NCBI GenBank assembly: GCA_963777605.1 | Contig: CAVZRV010000010.1 | Coordinates: forward strand, 128,001 to 192,000 | Reading direction: 5' to 3' | Length of the DNA stretch: 64,000 nt | DNA from: an uncultured Acidobacteriota bacterium | GTDB taxonomy: Bacteria > Acidobacteriota > UBA6911 > RPQK01 > JAPXNP01 | In this document: piece by piece, positions 39,870 through 50,302 of the stretch | How positions within the stretch are numbered: position 1 is the stretch's first letter | Layout of the letters: every line of letters starts with the position of its first letter | Translations under genes and position numbers: made by a program | Notes under the pieces: model-generated | What the model saw: only the letters and a program-made list of their open reading frames with translations | Databases searched by the model: none | Told to the model about the DNA's origin: nothing

Positions 39870-40952
39870 ATGGCACGCAGAACTCCTCTCTACCAGGTTC
39901 ATCTCGAGATGGGTGCGAGAATGATCGAGTTCGCCGGCTGGGAATTGCCGGTCCAGTATCACAGTGCGCTCGATGAGCACCACGCCGTCCGGCGGCGTGT
40001 GGGGGTCTTCGATGTCAGCCACATGGGCCAGTTCGAACTCACCGGTTCGGATGCCCTGGGCTTCACGCAGCGAATGACCTGCAACGACGTCAACCGCCTC
40101 AAAGATGGACAGGCCCAGTATTCGGCTTTCCTCACCGACCGCGGGACTTTCGTCGACGACATCGTGGTCTATCGCCTCGAGCCGGAACGGATCTTCATTT
40201 GTGTCAACGCCGCGACCCGGGAGAAGGACTTCGCCTGGCTGCAGAGTCACCTCACCGGATCGGTAACCCTGCGCGATCGAAGCGACAACTTTGCCCAAAT
40301 TGCCATACAGGGCCCAAAGGCCGAGGCCGTACTTGCCCGGTTAACCACGGTCGATCTTGCCGCGATTCCGTTCTACTGGTGCACTGAGGGTGAGGTGGCC
40401 GGGGTTCCGGCAATCGTCTCACGAACAGGCTATACCGGAGAAGCGGGTTTCGAACTCTACGTTCCTGGTGATCGGGCCGAAGCGGTCTGGAGGGCAGTTT
40501 TCGAGACTGGAGAGGAAGAAGGAATCGCCCCGGCGGGGCTGGCAGCTCGAAATACCTTGCGGCTCGAGATGAAGTACTCCCTTTACGGGAACGATATCGA
40601 CGAAACAACGACTCCCCTGGAAGCCGGTCTGGGATGGATCGTCAAGCTTGGAACCGGTTTCGTTGGGGAAGAAATCCTGGCTCGCCAGAAAGCGGAAGGA
40701 GTCTCCAGGAAACTGGTCGGATTCGAGCTCACCGATCGCGGAGTGGTTCGTGACGGGTTTCCGGTTCTCCTCGACGGTCAAACGGTTGGGAAGGTCACCA
40801 GTGGCGGTTTTTCACCTACCCTCGAGAAAAGTATCGGACTGGCTTACCTGCCCCCAGAGAATGCCCAACCCGGGCAGGCTATCGAGATTGAGATTCGAGG
40901 AAAGAAACGTCAGGCATCGGTCGTTAAGACCCCGTTTTTGAAGCGGCCCTGA
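39870..40952 (+). CDS. gcvT: Glycine cleavage system aminomethyltransferase T
   Basis: RTPLY, FAGWELPVQY, FDVSHMG, SRTGYTGEAGFE, ARNTLRLE. Confidence 0.96.
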   Translation: MARRTPLYQVHLEMGARMIEFAGWELPVQYHSALDEHHAVRRRVGVFDVSHMGQFELTGSDALGFTQRMTCNDVNRLKDGQAQYSAFLTDRGTFVDDIVVYRLEPERIFICVNAATREKDFAWLQSHLTGSVTLRDRSDNFAQIAIQGPKAEAVLARLTTVDLAAIPFYWCTEGEVAGVPAIVSRTGYTGEAGFELYVPGDRAEAVWRAVFETGEEEGIAPAGLAARNTLRLEMKYSLYGNDIDETTTPLEAGLGWIVKLGTGFVGEEILARQKAEGVSRKLVGFELTDRGVVRDGFPVLLDGQTVGKVTSGGFSPTLEKSIGLAYLPPENAQPGQAIEIEIRGKKRQASVVKTPFLKRP

Positions 40953-41020
40953 GTGGTAAGCTAGAAGTCTGTCAGCGGTCAGAGGATCGTCAGTTAATCA
41001 GCCAAGGAGAAGTGCCAGCG

Positions 41021-41410
41021 ATGAAGATTCCAGCCGATTTACTCTACACCAGGGAACATGAGTGGGTGCTCGTTGACGGGGACACCGCGACGATCGGGAT
41101 TACGGATTTTGCTCAGCAGGAATTGGGTGACGTGGTCTATGTTGAGCTTCCCGAAAAGGGCGACTCTCTCGAGGTCGAGGAGAGTTTCGGCTCGGTAGAG
41201 TCGGTCAAGGCGGTCTCGGAGATCTACATGCCCCTTTCGGGCACCGTCCTCAAGATTAACAAGGGCTTGGTTGATGCCCCTGAGGTCACCAACCAGGACC
41301 CTTATGGGGATGGCTGGATGATCAAGATATCGATCGGCGACAGTGACCAGATCGATGAACTCATGTCCGCAGATGATTATGAGAAGTACCTGAGCGAGGA
41401 AGCCGATTAG
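41021..41410 (+). CDS. gcvH: Glycine cleavage system H protein
   Basis: YTREHEW, GITDFAQQELGD, lipoyl-Lys motif VESVKAVSE, DPYGDGW. Confidence 0.96.
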   Translation: MKIPADLLYTREHEWVLVDGDTATIGITDFAQQELGDVVYVELPEKGDSLEVEESFGSVESVKAVSEIYMPLSGTVLKINKGLVDAPEVTNQDPYGDGWMIKISIGDSDQIDELMSADDYEKYLSEEAD

Positions 41411-41586
41411 CATACCTCACGGTGTTGCGGGAAGTGCGCGGCACCTCCCACCCGACGCCCCGAATTCCCGGAAGAATGAAACTCTTTCGGTGCGGGCGCC
41501 GTTTTACTTTTAAGAACGTGAGTGAGCACAACAGACCGGGCAGGCCGAATGCTGCCCCTACCTTCTCCGTGGGCTTTGATGAACCG

Positions 41587-42552
41587 TTGCGGTCCCTGAA
41601 ACTGATTGCCGTGGCCGCCCTGATCCTTGTAGTCAGCACCTGCGCACTGGTCCATGCCCAACCGTCCTTCAAAGTGGACGCCGGCTATGTTCGGGTTCCG
41701 GTAACCGTTCTCGACGAGAACGGCCGTAATGTTCTGGGCCTCCACGCCGAAGACTTTCGCCTTTTTGACGAAGGAAAGGAGATGCCGATCCGCAACTTCG
41801 TTCTCGATCCGGCACCGGTCAATGTGATTTTCCTGCTCGACACGAGCGGAAGTGTCAAGGAGGAACTCAAGCAGATCCGCTACGCGGTTATCCGGTTCGC
41901 TCAGCACTTCGACAAGGACGACAGAATTTCGATTGTCTCGTTCTCTGACCGCATGCGCACCCTCCAGGACTGGACCAACGACGGCGGCGACATCCGAAAG
42001 GCTCTCAAGCACCTCGAGCAGGGATACCGGACAGCACTCTACGATTCCCTGGTTGCGACCGCCAAGGACAAGTTCAAAGGGGTCCAGGGCAAGCGCGTGA
42101 TCCTTCTCCTCACCGACGGTCTCGACAACGAGAGCGATACCAGCTACGACGAGGCAATGAATCGCCTCATCGACCTCGACGTCGTACTTTACATCGTGAG
42201 CCGGACCCGCCTGGTTCAGGCCAAAGTCGAAAAGAGCGAGCGGATCGAGTTCCTGGATCGAGTGCTCAAGAACGTCCTGGACGACGACACCAGTTTCGTT
42301 GACACCTATTTCCGCGAAAAAGAGACCGCCATGAACTACCTGGCGGAAGTCAACGCCGGCCGGGTTTTCTACCCGGTCAAGCTGGAAGAGCTGGGACAGA
42401 CCTACGTTCGGATCGCCCAGGAGCTGAAAAACCAGTACGTGCTCACCTTCCTTCCCGATCCCTCGCCCGAACCCGTTTACCGGACACTCCGGGTCAAGTG
42501 CCTCAAGCCGGTTGGGGAAGTCTTTCACCGAAAGATGTACCGCACCCGCTAG
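41587..42552 (+). CDS. Exported VWA-domain protein (acidobacterial VWFA-related); start uncertain (41422-41587)
   Basis: VRVPVTVLD, FLLDTSGS, TALYD, LLTDGLD, QYVLTF. Confidence 0.85.
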   Translation: MRSLKLIAVAALILVVSTCALVHAQPSFKVDAGYVRVPVTVLDENGRNVLGLHAEDFRLFDEGKEMPIRNFVLDPAPVNVIFLLDTSGSVKEELKQIRYAVIRFAQHFDKDDRISIVSFSDRMRTLQDWTNDGGDIRKALKHLEQGYRTALYDSLVATAKDKFKGVQGKRVILLLTDGLDNESDTSYDEAMNRLIDLDVVLYIVSRTRLVQAKVEKSERIEFLDRVLKNVLDDDTSFVDTYFREKETAMNYLAEVNAGRVFYPVKLEELGQTYVRIAQELKNQYVLTFLPDPSPEPVYRTLRVKCLKPVGEVFHRKMYRTR

Positions 42553-42592
42553 TAACGGCCGCAGTTTTCCGCACTGCAGCGTTAATTGTAGT

Positions 42593-45022
42593 GTGGAACG
42601 CAGTAGCCGATTTTCGCGGGCACAACGCGGAGTCCCCCTGGTTGAACGGATCCGACAGGCCATTCTCTTCAATCCCGCCTTCGTCTCCGCAGCCTGTCTG
42701 GCCTGTATTTTGTGGGCCATTTTCCCGGTGGAACTCCCCAGTCCGAGCTTTGATCCAGAACGGCCAGTCGAGGTCGTCGGTCGAATCATTTCCCCGCTCC
42801 GCTATTCCGCAGATCAGATGTCCTTCCGCGTCACCCCGGTCACGGCCGGCCAGGCAGACCACCCGGTCGAAATTTTCGGAGATTTGGACGTCTACATCCG
42901 GTCGTCGCTTCCCAATCCACGTTCGTGGTTTGATCCCCCTTTGCAGTACGGCGACTCCCTGCGAATCCGGACGAACCTCCGGGAACCCGCTCATTACGAC
43001 GTACCCGGAGCCGTGGATGCACGCTGGCTGCGATGGGTAAAAGGGCGTTACTTCTACTTCTCGCTCAAATCACCCCTCCAGGTCGAGAGAACTTCGACCA
43101 ACCCGCCCCTTTCAGCCATCCCGATTCGCCTCCTCTGTCGGTACCTGGATCGATTCCTCGTCGCCTGCGGGAACCTTGAAGCCTTTCCCGCAGGTCTCCT
43201 CCACGCCAGCATCGCGGGAGACAGCCGGGAACTCGCCGACGAAGAATGGGGACTCTTCCAGCGCCTGGGCCTGGTCCACCTGCTGGTCGTTTCCGGATTT
43301 CACGTAGCCCTCCTGGCGCTGGCGGCACGGCAGTCGTTCGGCCGGCTCGGGCAACTTGGATCAGTCCTTCGACTTGGATTGATCTGGGCCTTCGTTGCCG
43401 TCACCGGGGCGGCATCACCCGTGCTGAGGGCGGCATTGACGCTGTCTCTGTTTCTCCTCTCCTCCCAGTTCGCGCTCCGGGCACGTCCCTATAACCTGCT
43501 CGGCGTTGCCGCCCTGGTTCTGTTGGTGGACCAGCCAAGAGCGCTCTATTCCCGCAGCTTCCAGTTCACGTTCGCGGCCGTACTGGCCATTCTCGGCGCA
43601 CGTCCGGCAATCCGGCACCTGCGGTCTGCCTGCCGGGGTGTCGAGGATGTCCACGACAAACGTCTCAGACTGGGAATGCGACCGGGAGACCGGGTTCGTC
43701 GAAAAGTTCGATTCACACTGGAAAGCCGGATCGAATTCCTTCCAGTCCAGGTTCCCCGGGGACTCCTGCGGGTTGGCGGCCGCTCCTTTTCGCACCTCGG
43801 ATCACTCCTGGTCGTCTGTGCGCTGGTTCAGTTGACGCTGCTTCCCCTGATCCTCTTTCACAACAACCAGGTGAGCCTTTCGGCTGTATTGAACAACCTC
43901 GTAATGGTGCCGCTTTTCGGCACGTTCCTGGTGCTGGGGTTCCTCTATCTCGGCCTTTTCTGGACCCCTTTCGGAGCGGTCCTGGCAGCGACGATCAACC
44001 ACCTGGCCGGGCTGCTCAGGGCCGCACTGGAGGCAATGGATTCGATCAACCTGACCGCCTGTGCGCCATCACCTCACCCGCTTGCCGTCATCGGCCTGCT
44101 CGCCCTCAGCGCCGCAATCCCCTGGTTCCGGACCAAGTGGAGACTCACGGCCCTGTGTCTCCCACTGGCTTCCCTTCTTCCTCTTTCCGGTCCCGGCGCA
44201 GACGGGCGTTTTACGGCGACGGTTCTGGACGTCGGGCAGAGTGAGGCAATCCACCTCTCCTACCCGGACGGCACGCAGGGTCTCGTCGACACGGGAGGAT
44301 CAAGCATCCCTTCGGCAAACCGCTTCCTGGCCCGCCAGGTCCTCGCCCGCTACCTCCTCAACAAGGGCGTGAAACGACTTGAGTTTGTGCTCATCACCCA
44401 CCCTGAGTCGGATCACCGCGGGGCCTATCTCGAGCTGCTCCAAATGGTTCCGGTCGAAACTACGATCCACGCCGAGTCCGCACCCCGCTACTCCGACCGC
44501 CTGGTTCGAACCAGTGCGGGAACCACATTCTCAATCGGCGGGATTGAACATCGCATCCTGAATCCACGAGCCCGACCCGCTGGAGGAAAGAGCAACGAGA
44601 ACTCAATCGTCATGGAGATTCACTACCGTAACTTTCGGATGCTCCTCACGGGAGACGCCCCTGCCGCGATCGAACGCCGGTTGCTCGATCATCTCCGCCC
44701 GGTGGACGTTCTCAAGGTAGCTCATCACGGCAGCCGGTCGAGCAGCAGCCCGGTCTTCCTGGAACTCTTGCACCCACGAATCGGACTGATCTCGGCAGGC
44801 CGTCACAACCTGTTCGGCCACCCCAGCCCGAAGGTAGTTCAGCGGCTCGAAACAGTGGGCACGCGGGCATTCTGTACGGCAGACTCCGGTTCATTGCGCG
44901 TTTCTACCGACGGAAAACACTGGGAATTGGCGACTTTCACCTTGAAGCAAGGTTCCTTTCGGACCGTGGACAGCGGCCCCTGCGAGCCGGTGTCTTCCGG
45001 ATCACTCGATCCGCAGGAGTGA
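42593..45022 (+). CDS. comEC: DNA internalization competence protein ComEC/Rec2; start uncertain
   Basis: HLLVVSGFHV, SPVLRA, FQFTFAA, LDVGQSEA, THPESDH, DVLKVAHHGS, NLFGHP. Confidence 0.92.
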   Translation: MERSSRFSRAQRGVPLVERIRQAILFNPAFVSAACLACILWAIFPVELPSPSFDPERPVEVVGRIISPLRYSADQMSFRVTPVTAGQADHPVEIFGDLDVYIRSSLPNPRSWFDPPLQYGDSLRIRTNLREPAHYDVPGAVDARWLRWVKGRYFYFSLKSPLQVERTSTNPPLSAIPIRLLCRYLDRFLVACGNLEAFPAGLLHASIAGDSRELADEEWGLFQRLGLVHLLVVSGFHVALLALAARQSFGRLGQLGSVLRLGLIWAFVAVTGAASPVLRAALTLSLFLLSSQFALRARPYNLLGVAALVLLVDQPRALYSRSFQFTFAAVLAILGARPAIRHLRSACRGVEDVHDKRLRLGMRPGDRVRRKVRFTLESRIEFLPVQVPRGLLRVGGRSFSHLGSLLVVCALVQLTLLPLILFHNNQVSLSAVLNNLVMVPLFGTFLVLGFLYLGLFWTPFGAVLAATINHLAGLLRAALEAMDSINLTACAPSPHPLAVIGLLALSAAIPWFRTKWRLTALCLPLASLLPLSGPGADGRFTATVLDVGQSEAIHLSYPDGTQGLVDTGGSSIPSANRFLARQVLARYLLNKGVKRLEFVLITHPESDHRGAYLELLQMVPVETTIHAESAPRYSDRLVRTSAGTTFSIGGIEHRILNPRARPAGGKSNENSIVMEIHYRNFRMLLTGDAPAAIERRLLDHLRPVDVLKVAHHGSRSSSSPVFLELLHPRIGLISAGRHNLFGHPSPKVVQRLETVGTRAFCTADSGSLRVSTDGKHWELATFTLKQGSFRTVDSGPCEPVSSGSLDPQE

Positions 45023-45682
45023 GAACTCGGGCAGGCCGAAGTCGGCGCTGACTTTGTTTTCGAAGTACTTCGTCTTCAACTGCTCGTACATGTCCCGGGA
45101 CAACCGTTTTCGGTAGCGCTTGACCTCTTCCTCTGCTTCGCCGCGAAGCTCGGCCAGGGTCCCAGGGTCCATCTCCGCACTGAGGGACTCGATCAGAGAA
45201 CTCGCGACCCGACCCAGTTCCTGGTCGAGATGAGCGGGATCCAACCCGGCCGCACCGACAGTCTCGTCGTGGATGGACCGGATGCGATCGGCGGTCCGGC
45301 CGCACTCAGGCTCGGGTCGCGCCCGAAGCGTCCCTTCGAGTTCCTCGAGGAAGGAGAGTACCCGTTCTCGGGTTACCGATCCCTCCGTCTCCCCTTCCAC
45401 CTCGTCGTCGTGTGACCCGATCGTCGCCTCCTGGTACTCCTCGAATGCCTCCATGACAGCCGGATGGCAGTAATGCAGCGTCGTCGGGGAACGCTTGTTC
45501 CGCGAATGGGCCTTCTCAAAGCTCCGGTCGATTCCCCGAAGGACGACGTGCTGAGGAATTCCGTTTTCTTTCCAGAGTTCCACCAGGCACCAGTCCAGGG
45601 GCGAAATGAGTATGTTCTTGCCCCGCTTGAGAACGAAGTACTCCTCGATCTCGGTAAAATAGTTGAAGTAGTTATCGTTCAT
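45002..45682 (-). CDS. Conserved-looking hypothetical protein, possibly DnaD/DnaB-like
   Basis: YFTEIEEYF...ISPLDWCLVELWKENGIPQHVVLRGID; helical C-terminus. Confidence 0.65.
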   Translation of the reverse strand: MNDNYFNYFTEIEEYFVLKRGKNILISPLDWCLVELWKENGIPQHVVLRGIDRSFEKAHSRNKRSPTTLHYCHPAVMEAFEEYQEATIGSHDDEVEGETEGSVTRERVLSFLEELEGTLRARPEPECGRTADRIRSIHDETVGAAGLDPAHLDQELGRVASSLIESLSAEMDPGTLAELRGEAEEEVKRYRKRLSRDMYEQLKTKYFENKVSADFGLPEFSLLRIE

Positions 45683-45885
45683 CCAATGTATCCAATTTAT
45701 TCCCTTTTACTTACAACAAGTTGATCCTCGCCGCGCACCTTGTGAAGTTCCCTGCTAACGACCCTTTTCTCTCCAGCGTCACCCCGGAGACGATGACCGA
45801 CTTTCATGTTTTAAGGATACCGGTCCTGCAACGCATCCCTCAAAAAGGGTTAAAAAAGGGAGGATTCAATTAGCAACTGGTAAGA

Positions 45886-46677
45886 CTATCCAGCTGATTC
45901 CAGGTTGGTTACCTGAGGAAGGCCGTCAAAGAAGAGCCGCAGGCCGTGCAGCGTGAGATCGGGTTCGATCCGGTCGAAGCCGCTGAAGCCCCTGGCGATC
46001 ATGGGTGCGAAACCCCCGGTTGCGATGACGACCGGCTCTCCACCCAACTCCGCCCGGAACCGCTTGAGGATTCCTTCGACGAGCCCGACGTATCCGAAAA
46101 AGACTCCCGCCTGCATGCTCTCGACTGTCGTTCGGCCGATACATCGTGGCGTTTCCTTGATCTCAATCCGAGGCAGCTTGGCGGCACGCTGTACAAGGGC
46201 TTCGGTGGATGTGCCGATTCCGGGTGCAATCGTTCCTCCCAGGTACTCTCCGGCGGGGGAGACAGCGTCGAACGTCGTGGCCGTTCCGAAATCCACCACG
46301 ATCGCCGGAGTGCCGAACATCTCCCGGGCGGCGATCGCGTTGACGATTCGGTCCGCCCCCACGTCTGACGGATGCTCGTAAAGAATGGGGATCTGGTCTT
46401 GCTGGGCCGGCTCCACGAAGGTCGCGGCGACGTCGAAGAACTCCGCGCAGAGCGTCGAGAAAGCCTCATTCAGCGGGGGAACGACCGAACTGATGATTGC
46501 CCCCCGGATGGCATCCGCCGGGAGCTCGGACAGCGAAAACAGATTCCGGCAAAGGACCGCATACTCGTGGCTGGTTTGGTCGCGGCGCGTCGAAACCCGC
46601 CACGACCGGACCAGCTTCTCCCCCTGGAAAAGACCCAGAACGATGTTGGTGTTGCCGATGTCAAAGACTAACAGCAT
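45886..46677 (-). CDS. coaX: Type III pantothenate kinase
   Basis: DIGNTN, SSVVP, VGADR, DFGTATT, GGTIAPG, ATGG. Confidence 0.95.
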   Translation of the reverse strand: MLLVFDIGNTNIVLGLFQGEKLVRSWRVSTRRDQTSHEYAVLCRNLFSLSELPADAIRGAIISSVVPPLNEAFSTLCAEFFDVAATFVEPAQQDQIPILYEHPSDVGADRIVNAIAAREMFGTPAIVVDFGTATTFDAVSPAGEYLGGTIAPGIGTSTEALVQRAAKLPRIEIKETPRCIGRTTVESMQAGVFFGYVGLVEGILKRFRAELGGEPVVIATGGFAPMIARGFSGFDRIEPDLTLHGLRLFFDGLPQVTNLESAG

Positions 46678-46713
46678 GCAAGTCCCCTGCCCCGATCAAG
46701 ATCTCAGCCCTCT

Positions 46714-48270
46714 TCAGTGTTTGAAATGCCGGATCCCCGTGAAAACCATCGCCATGTCGTGTTCGTCCGCCGCATCGATCACTTCCTGGTCGCGCACCGA
46801 TCCACCGGGCTGGATCACCGCCCGAATCCCCCGCTCGGCCGCCGCGTCGAGACCATCGCGGAAGGGGAAGAATGCGTCGCTGGCCATCACCGCGCCTTCC
46901 AGCGGCGACTGCGCCTTCTCGGCCGCGATGCGCGCCGAGTCCACTCGGCTCATCTGGCCGGCACCAACGCCCAGAGTCGTGCGATTCTTGGTGTAAACGA
47001 TGGCATTCGATTTCACGTGCTTGCAGACCACCCAGGCGAAGAGAAGTTCGTCCAGTTCATCATCGGACGGCTGTCTCCGAGTGACGACTTTCAGATCTGA
47101 CCGATCCAGGTAGTACTGGTCCTTGTCCTGGACCAGAATTCCTCCAGCGATCCGTTTCAGATCAAAGGGACCGACAGCATCGGTTGCCGCCAACTCCTCC
47201 GGCATGATCATGATTCGAATGTTCTTCTTCCGTCCAAGGATCTCCTTCGCGTCCTCGGTGTATTTCGGAGCGATGACCGCTTCGACGAAGAGCTTGCTGA
47301 TTTCTTCCGCTGTCTCACTGTCGACTTCCCGGTTGAACGCGACGATCGACCCGAATGCCGAAACCGGGTCACAGGAGAGGGCCTTCAGGTAGGCGTCCTT
47401 GGGAGACGATCCCAGAGCCGCGCCGCAAGGATTGGTGTGCTTGATGACGGCACAGGCCGTCTCCGAGAAATCGCTGATCAGGCCCCAGGCACCCTGCAGG
47501 TCGATGTAGTTGTTGAACGACAGCTGCTTGCCATGGATCTGCTCGCTGGCCACCAGACCAGTCGGAGGCTGAAACTGGGGGCGATAGAGTCCGGCCCGCT
47601 GGTGGGGGTTCTCACCATAACGGAGAGTAGCCACCCGGCTAAGGCTCAGGTTGAGAACCGGCGGCATCTGCCCCTCGCCCTCGGCCAGCTTTTCAAAGTA
47701 GCCGGAGATCGCGGCATCGTATGCGGCCGTGTGATGGAACGCCTTACTGGCCAGTTCGCGACGCTTCCCGGCGCTGAATTCCATCGCGTTGGCTTTCAGG
47801 TCGGCGAGAACCGTGGGGTAGTCGGAGGGATCCACTACGACGGCAACGTGCGCGAAGTTCTTGGCGGCTGCGCGCACCATCGTGGGACCCCCGATATCGA
47901 TCTTCTCGATCGCCTCGTCAACCGATACTCCTTCCCGGGCGATCGTCTGGCTGAATGGGTAGAGGTTGACCACAACCAGTCCGATCGGGGGAATTTCGTG
48001 TTCTTTGAGCGTCGCCTGGTGTTCGGCGTCGTCATGACGGGCGAGGATTCCCCCGTGCACCTTCGGGTGCAGCGTCTTGACACGGCCGCCAAGGATTTCC
48101 GGAAACCCGGTGTGATCGGAGACCTTGGTGTACGGGATCCCGGCCTCGGCCAGCGCACGCCCCGTTCCTCCGGTTGACAGCAACCGGATCCCCAGCGCAT
48201 CCAGTTCCCGGGCAAAATCAACCAACCCCTCTTTATCCGAGACACTCAGTAATGCGACCTCAACCTTCAT
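46714..48270 (-). CDS. purH: Bifunctional AICAR transformylase / IMP cyclohydrolase
   Basis: [47 protein letters not shown]. Confidence 0.97.
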   Translation of the reverse strand: MKVEVALLSVSDKEGLVDFARELDALGIRLLSTGGTGRALAEAGIPYTKVSDHTGFPEILGGRVKTLHPKVHGGILARHDDAEHQATLKEHEIPPIGLVVVNLYPFSQTIAREGVSVDEAIEKIDIGGPTMVRAAAKNFAHVAVVVDPSDYPTVLADLKANAMEFSAGKRRELASKAFHHTAAYDAAISGYFEKLAEGEGQMPPVLNLSLSRVATLRYGENPHQRAGLYRPQFQPPTGLVASEQIHGKQLSFNNYIDLQGAWGLISDFSETACAVIKHTNPCGAALGSSPKDAYLKALSCDPVSAFGSIVAFNREVDSETAEEISKLFVEAVIAPKYTEDAKEILGRKKNIRIMIMPEELAATDAVGPFDLKRIAGGILVQDKDQYYLDRSDLKVVTRRQPSDDELDELLFAWVVCKHVKSNAIVYTKNRTTLGVGAGQMSRVDSARIAAEKAQSPLEGAVMASDAFFPFRDGLDAAAERGIRAVIQPGGSVRDQEVIDAADEHDMAMVFTGIRHFKH

Positions 48271-48370
48271 CAACTCACCCTTTCGCTGATCTTGCCTTCA
48301 AGGCGCCCCCAAAGGCGCAGAATAACTCCAGTTAATTCGTCATGACACCAAGGTAGTTTATGATAAATGG

Positions 48371-49789
48371 GTGTCAGGTGAGACGACCAATAGCCTCTTT
48401 CGACGCCTTCCGTCAATCGGCAAGCTAATCAACCAGGACGAATTTCGCGTTCTGGCGGAGGATTACTCGCGGGAACTCGTGATCCAGGCGACCACTGCCC
48501 TGCTCGACGAACTTCGCAGCCGGCTCTCCAGCGGCCAGTTGACGGCAACCGAGCTCGATCGGCGCCTTGGGGACCTTTGTGACCGGGTCCGGAGGAAACT
48601 CGAGTCCTCCCTTTCGCCATCGCTGCGACCGGTGGTCAACGCAACCGGGGTCGTTGTCTTTACCAATGCCGGGCGGGCACCGATTGCCGAGCAGGCCCTC
48701 AAGGATCTCGTCCTGACAGCGGGACGCTATTCGAACCTCGAGTACGACCTCGCCAACGGGACGCGTGGCCACCGGGACATTCACTTCGAATCCCGGGTGG
48801 TGCGCCTGCTCGGGTGCGAAGCGGCAACGGTCTGCAACAACGCTGCGGCAGCGCTCCTCCTCATCCTCAATGCTCTGGCGACGGGCAAGAAGGTCCTCGT
48901 TTCGAGGGGAGAGTTGATCGAGATCGGCGGGTCATTCCGGCTGCCGGCAATCATGGAGAAGAGCGGGGCCATCCTGAAGGAGGTCGGAACCACCAACAAG
49001 ACCAAGGCGCGGGATTACGCCGATGCGATCGACGACGACACCGCATTGATTCTCCGGGTGCACCCGTCCAACTATCAAATCGTCGGGTTCACGGTCCGCC
49101 CCCGGCTCGACGAACTAGTCGAAGTAGCGCGCTCCCGCGGCATCCCGCTCGTGCACGATGCCGGAAGCGGGTACCTGTTTCGGACCGGCCTTCCCGCACT
49201 TGAGCAGGAGCCGGTCATTTCGGAATCGCTGGCAGCCGGCTCGGACCTCATCTGCTTCAGCGGTGACAAGCTGCTGGGCGGTCCCCAGGCCGGGCTCATC
49301 CTGGGACGAAAATCCCTCGTCGGCCAGATCCGAAAGAACCCCCTGATGCGGGCGATGCGGGTGGACAAACTGATTTACTCCGCCCTCGAACTGACGCTCA
49401 AGGAATACGAACTCGGCCGTTTTCAGGACACGCTCCCGGTGTGGCGGTTTCTTTCACTTCCGGTCGAAGTCATTCGAAGACGAGCCGAAGCACTCGTCGA
49501 AGGAATCTCCTCCCGACACTTGGCGGCGGAACTCTGCGAGGGGTTCTCCCTGACCGGTGGAGGATCGGCTCCCGAAGAGCGGATCCCCACCTGCCTGATC
49601 GCCCTCCGTTCCTCAGCTTTCAGTGCCAACGAACTGGAGCTTCACCTGCGCCGGTTCCGGACTCCGATCCTGGCCCGAATCGAAGACGACCGGGTCCTGA
49701 TCGATCTCCGAACCGTCTTTCCCGAGCAGGAGGAACTCATCGTCGAGGCCCTTCTCGAAATCGGCTCGGGCCCGGGGAATTCAGCTTGA
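48371..49789 (+). CDS. selA: L-seryl-tRNA(Sec) selenium transferase
   Basis: VVNATGVVVFTNAGRA, SNLEYDL, SRGELIEIGGSFR, EVGTTN, FSGDKLLGGPQAG. Confidence 0.95.
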   Translation: MSGETTNSLFRRLPSIGKLINQDEFRVLAEDYSRELVIQATTALLDELRSRLSSGQLTATELDRRLGDLCDRVRRKLESSLSPSLRPVVNATGVVVFTNAGRAPIAEQALKDLVLTAGRYSNLEYDLANGTRGHRDIHFESRVVRLLGCEAATVCNNAAAALLLILNALATGKKVLVSRGELIEIGGSFRLPAIMEKSGAILKEVGTTNKTKARDYADAIDDDTALILRVHPSNYQIVGFTVRPRLDELVEVARSRGIPLVHDAGSGYLFRTGLPALEQEPVISESLAAGSDLICFSGDKLLGGPQAGLILGRKSLVGQIRKNPLMRAMRVDKLIYSALELTLKEYELGRFQDTLPVWRFLSLPVEVIRRRAEALVEGISSRHLAAELCEGFSLTGGGSAPEERIPTCLIALRSSAFSANELELHLRRFRTPILARIEDDRVLIDLRTVFPEQEELIVEALLEIGSGPGNSA

Positions 49790-49822
49790 CCTGAAACTTC
49801 AATTTGGATGAGTTCGAATTGA

Positions 49823-49900
49823 AGCGCCAGGTCACGAAGGTCACCAAGGTTCTATTTCTTTGAAAAAAGAAAATGTTTGGGTTCTTGGCGGCTTGGCGCT
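49823..49900. repeat. Small intergenic element with direct and inverted repeats (REP-like)
   Basis: gcgccaggt-cacgaaggt-caccaaggt, an AT-rich spacer, then cttggcgg-cttggcgct. Confidence 0.5.
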
Positions 49901-50120
49901 GTGCTGAACCTGGAGCCTTGAACTTTGGCCCGGGGATCCGGAAGGGCGAAACCGGGCTCCGACCGACCCCGCGACGGGTCCGAGGGTAAGATCGCTCCGG
50001 TGGTTTTCATTTGCTCGTTTTTTTTCGTGTATACTGTCGCTCGTTCTTCAGGGCGACGATCGCTGTGCCGAGTTCAATCAGAACCGGTCATCGGGCGCTC
50101 CTGAGCGAACGTGATCGCGT

Positions 50121-50208
50121 GCCGGAGTGGCGGAATTGGCAGACGCGCTGCGTTCAGGGCGCAGTGGGGCATAGCCCCGTGGGGGTTCGAGTCCCCCCTC
50201 CGGCACCA
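50121..50208 (+). tRNA. tRNA-Leu(CAG)
   Basis: GCCGGAG/CTCCGGC acceptor stem, anticodon arm CTGCG-TTCAGGG-CGCAG, long variable arm, GTTCGAGTC T-loop, encoded CCA. Confidence 0.96.
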
Positions 50209-50222
50209 ACCGGACGAAACTT

Positions 50223-50252
50223 CGAAGTTCGGATTTCGAAATCCGAACTTCG
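50223..50252. repeat. Perfect 30-bp palindrome built from heptamer-like units; possible terminator or processing hairpin
   Basis: CGAAGTTCGGATTTCGAAATCCGAACTTCG equals its own reverse complement. Confidence 0.8.
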
Positions 50253-50302
50253 CTCCCCCACGGATGGTACTTCGGTTCAGACGTTCGCTTTGCGCGGCTT
50301 GC

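Noticed and set aside
41407-42789. Long antisense ORFs (e.g. 41407..42789, 25263..26357, 34752..35792, 50519..51739)
   Set aside because: Shadow frames of well-supported genes in GC-rich DNA; no recognisable motifs.
45683-45885. Replication origin in the AT-rich intergenic region
   Set aside because: No TTATCCACA-like DnaA box cluster found.
50121-50208. tRNA-Sec (selC), suggested by the neighbouring selA and a TCA in the anticodon loop
   Set aside because: The 7-nt loop TTCAGGG centres on CAG and the acceptor stem is 7 bp with discriminator A; this is tRNA-Leu.
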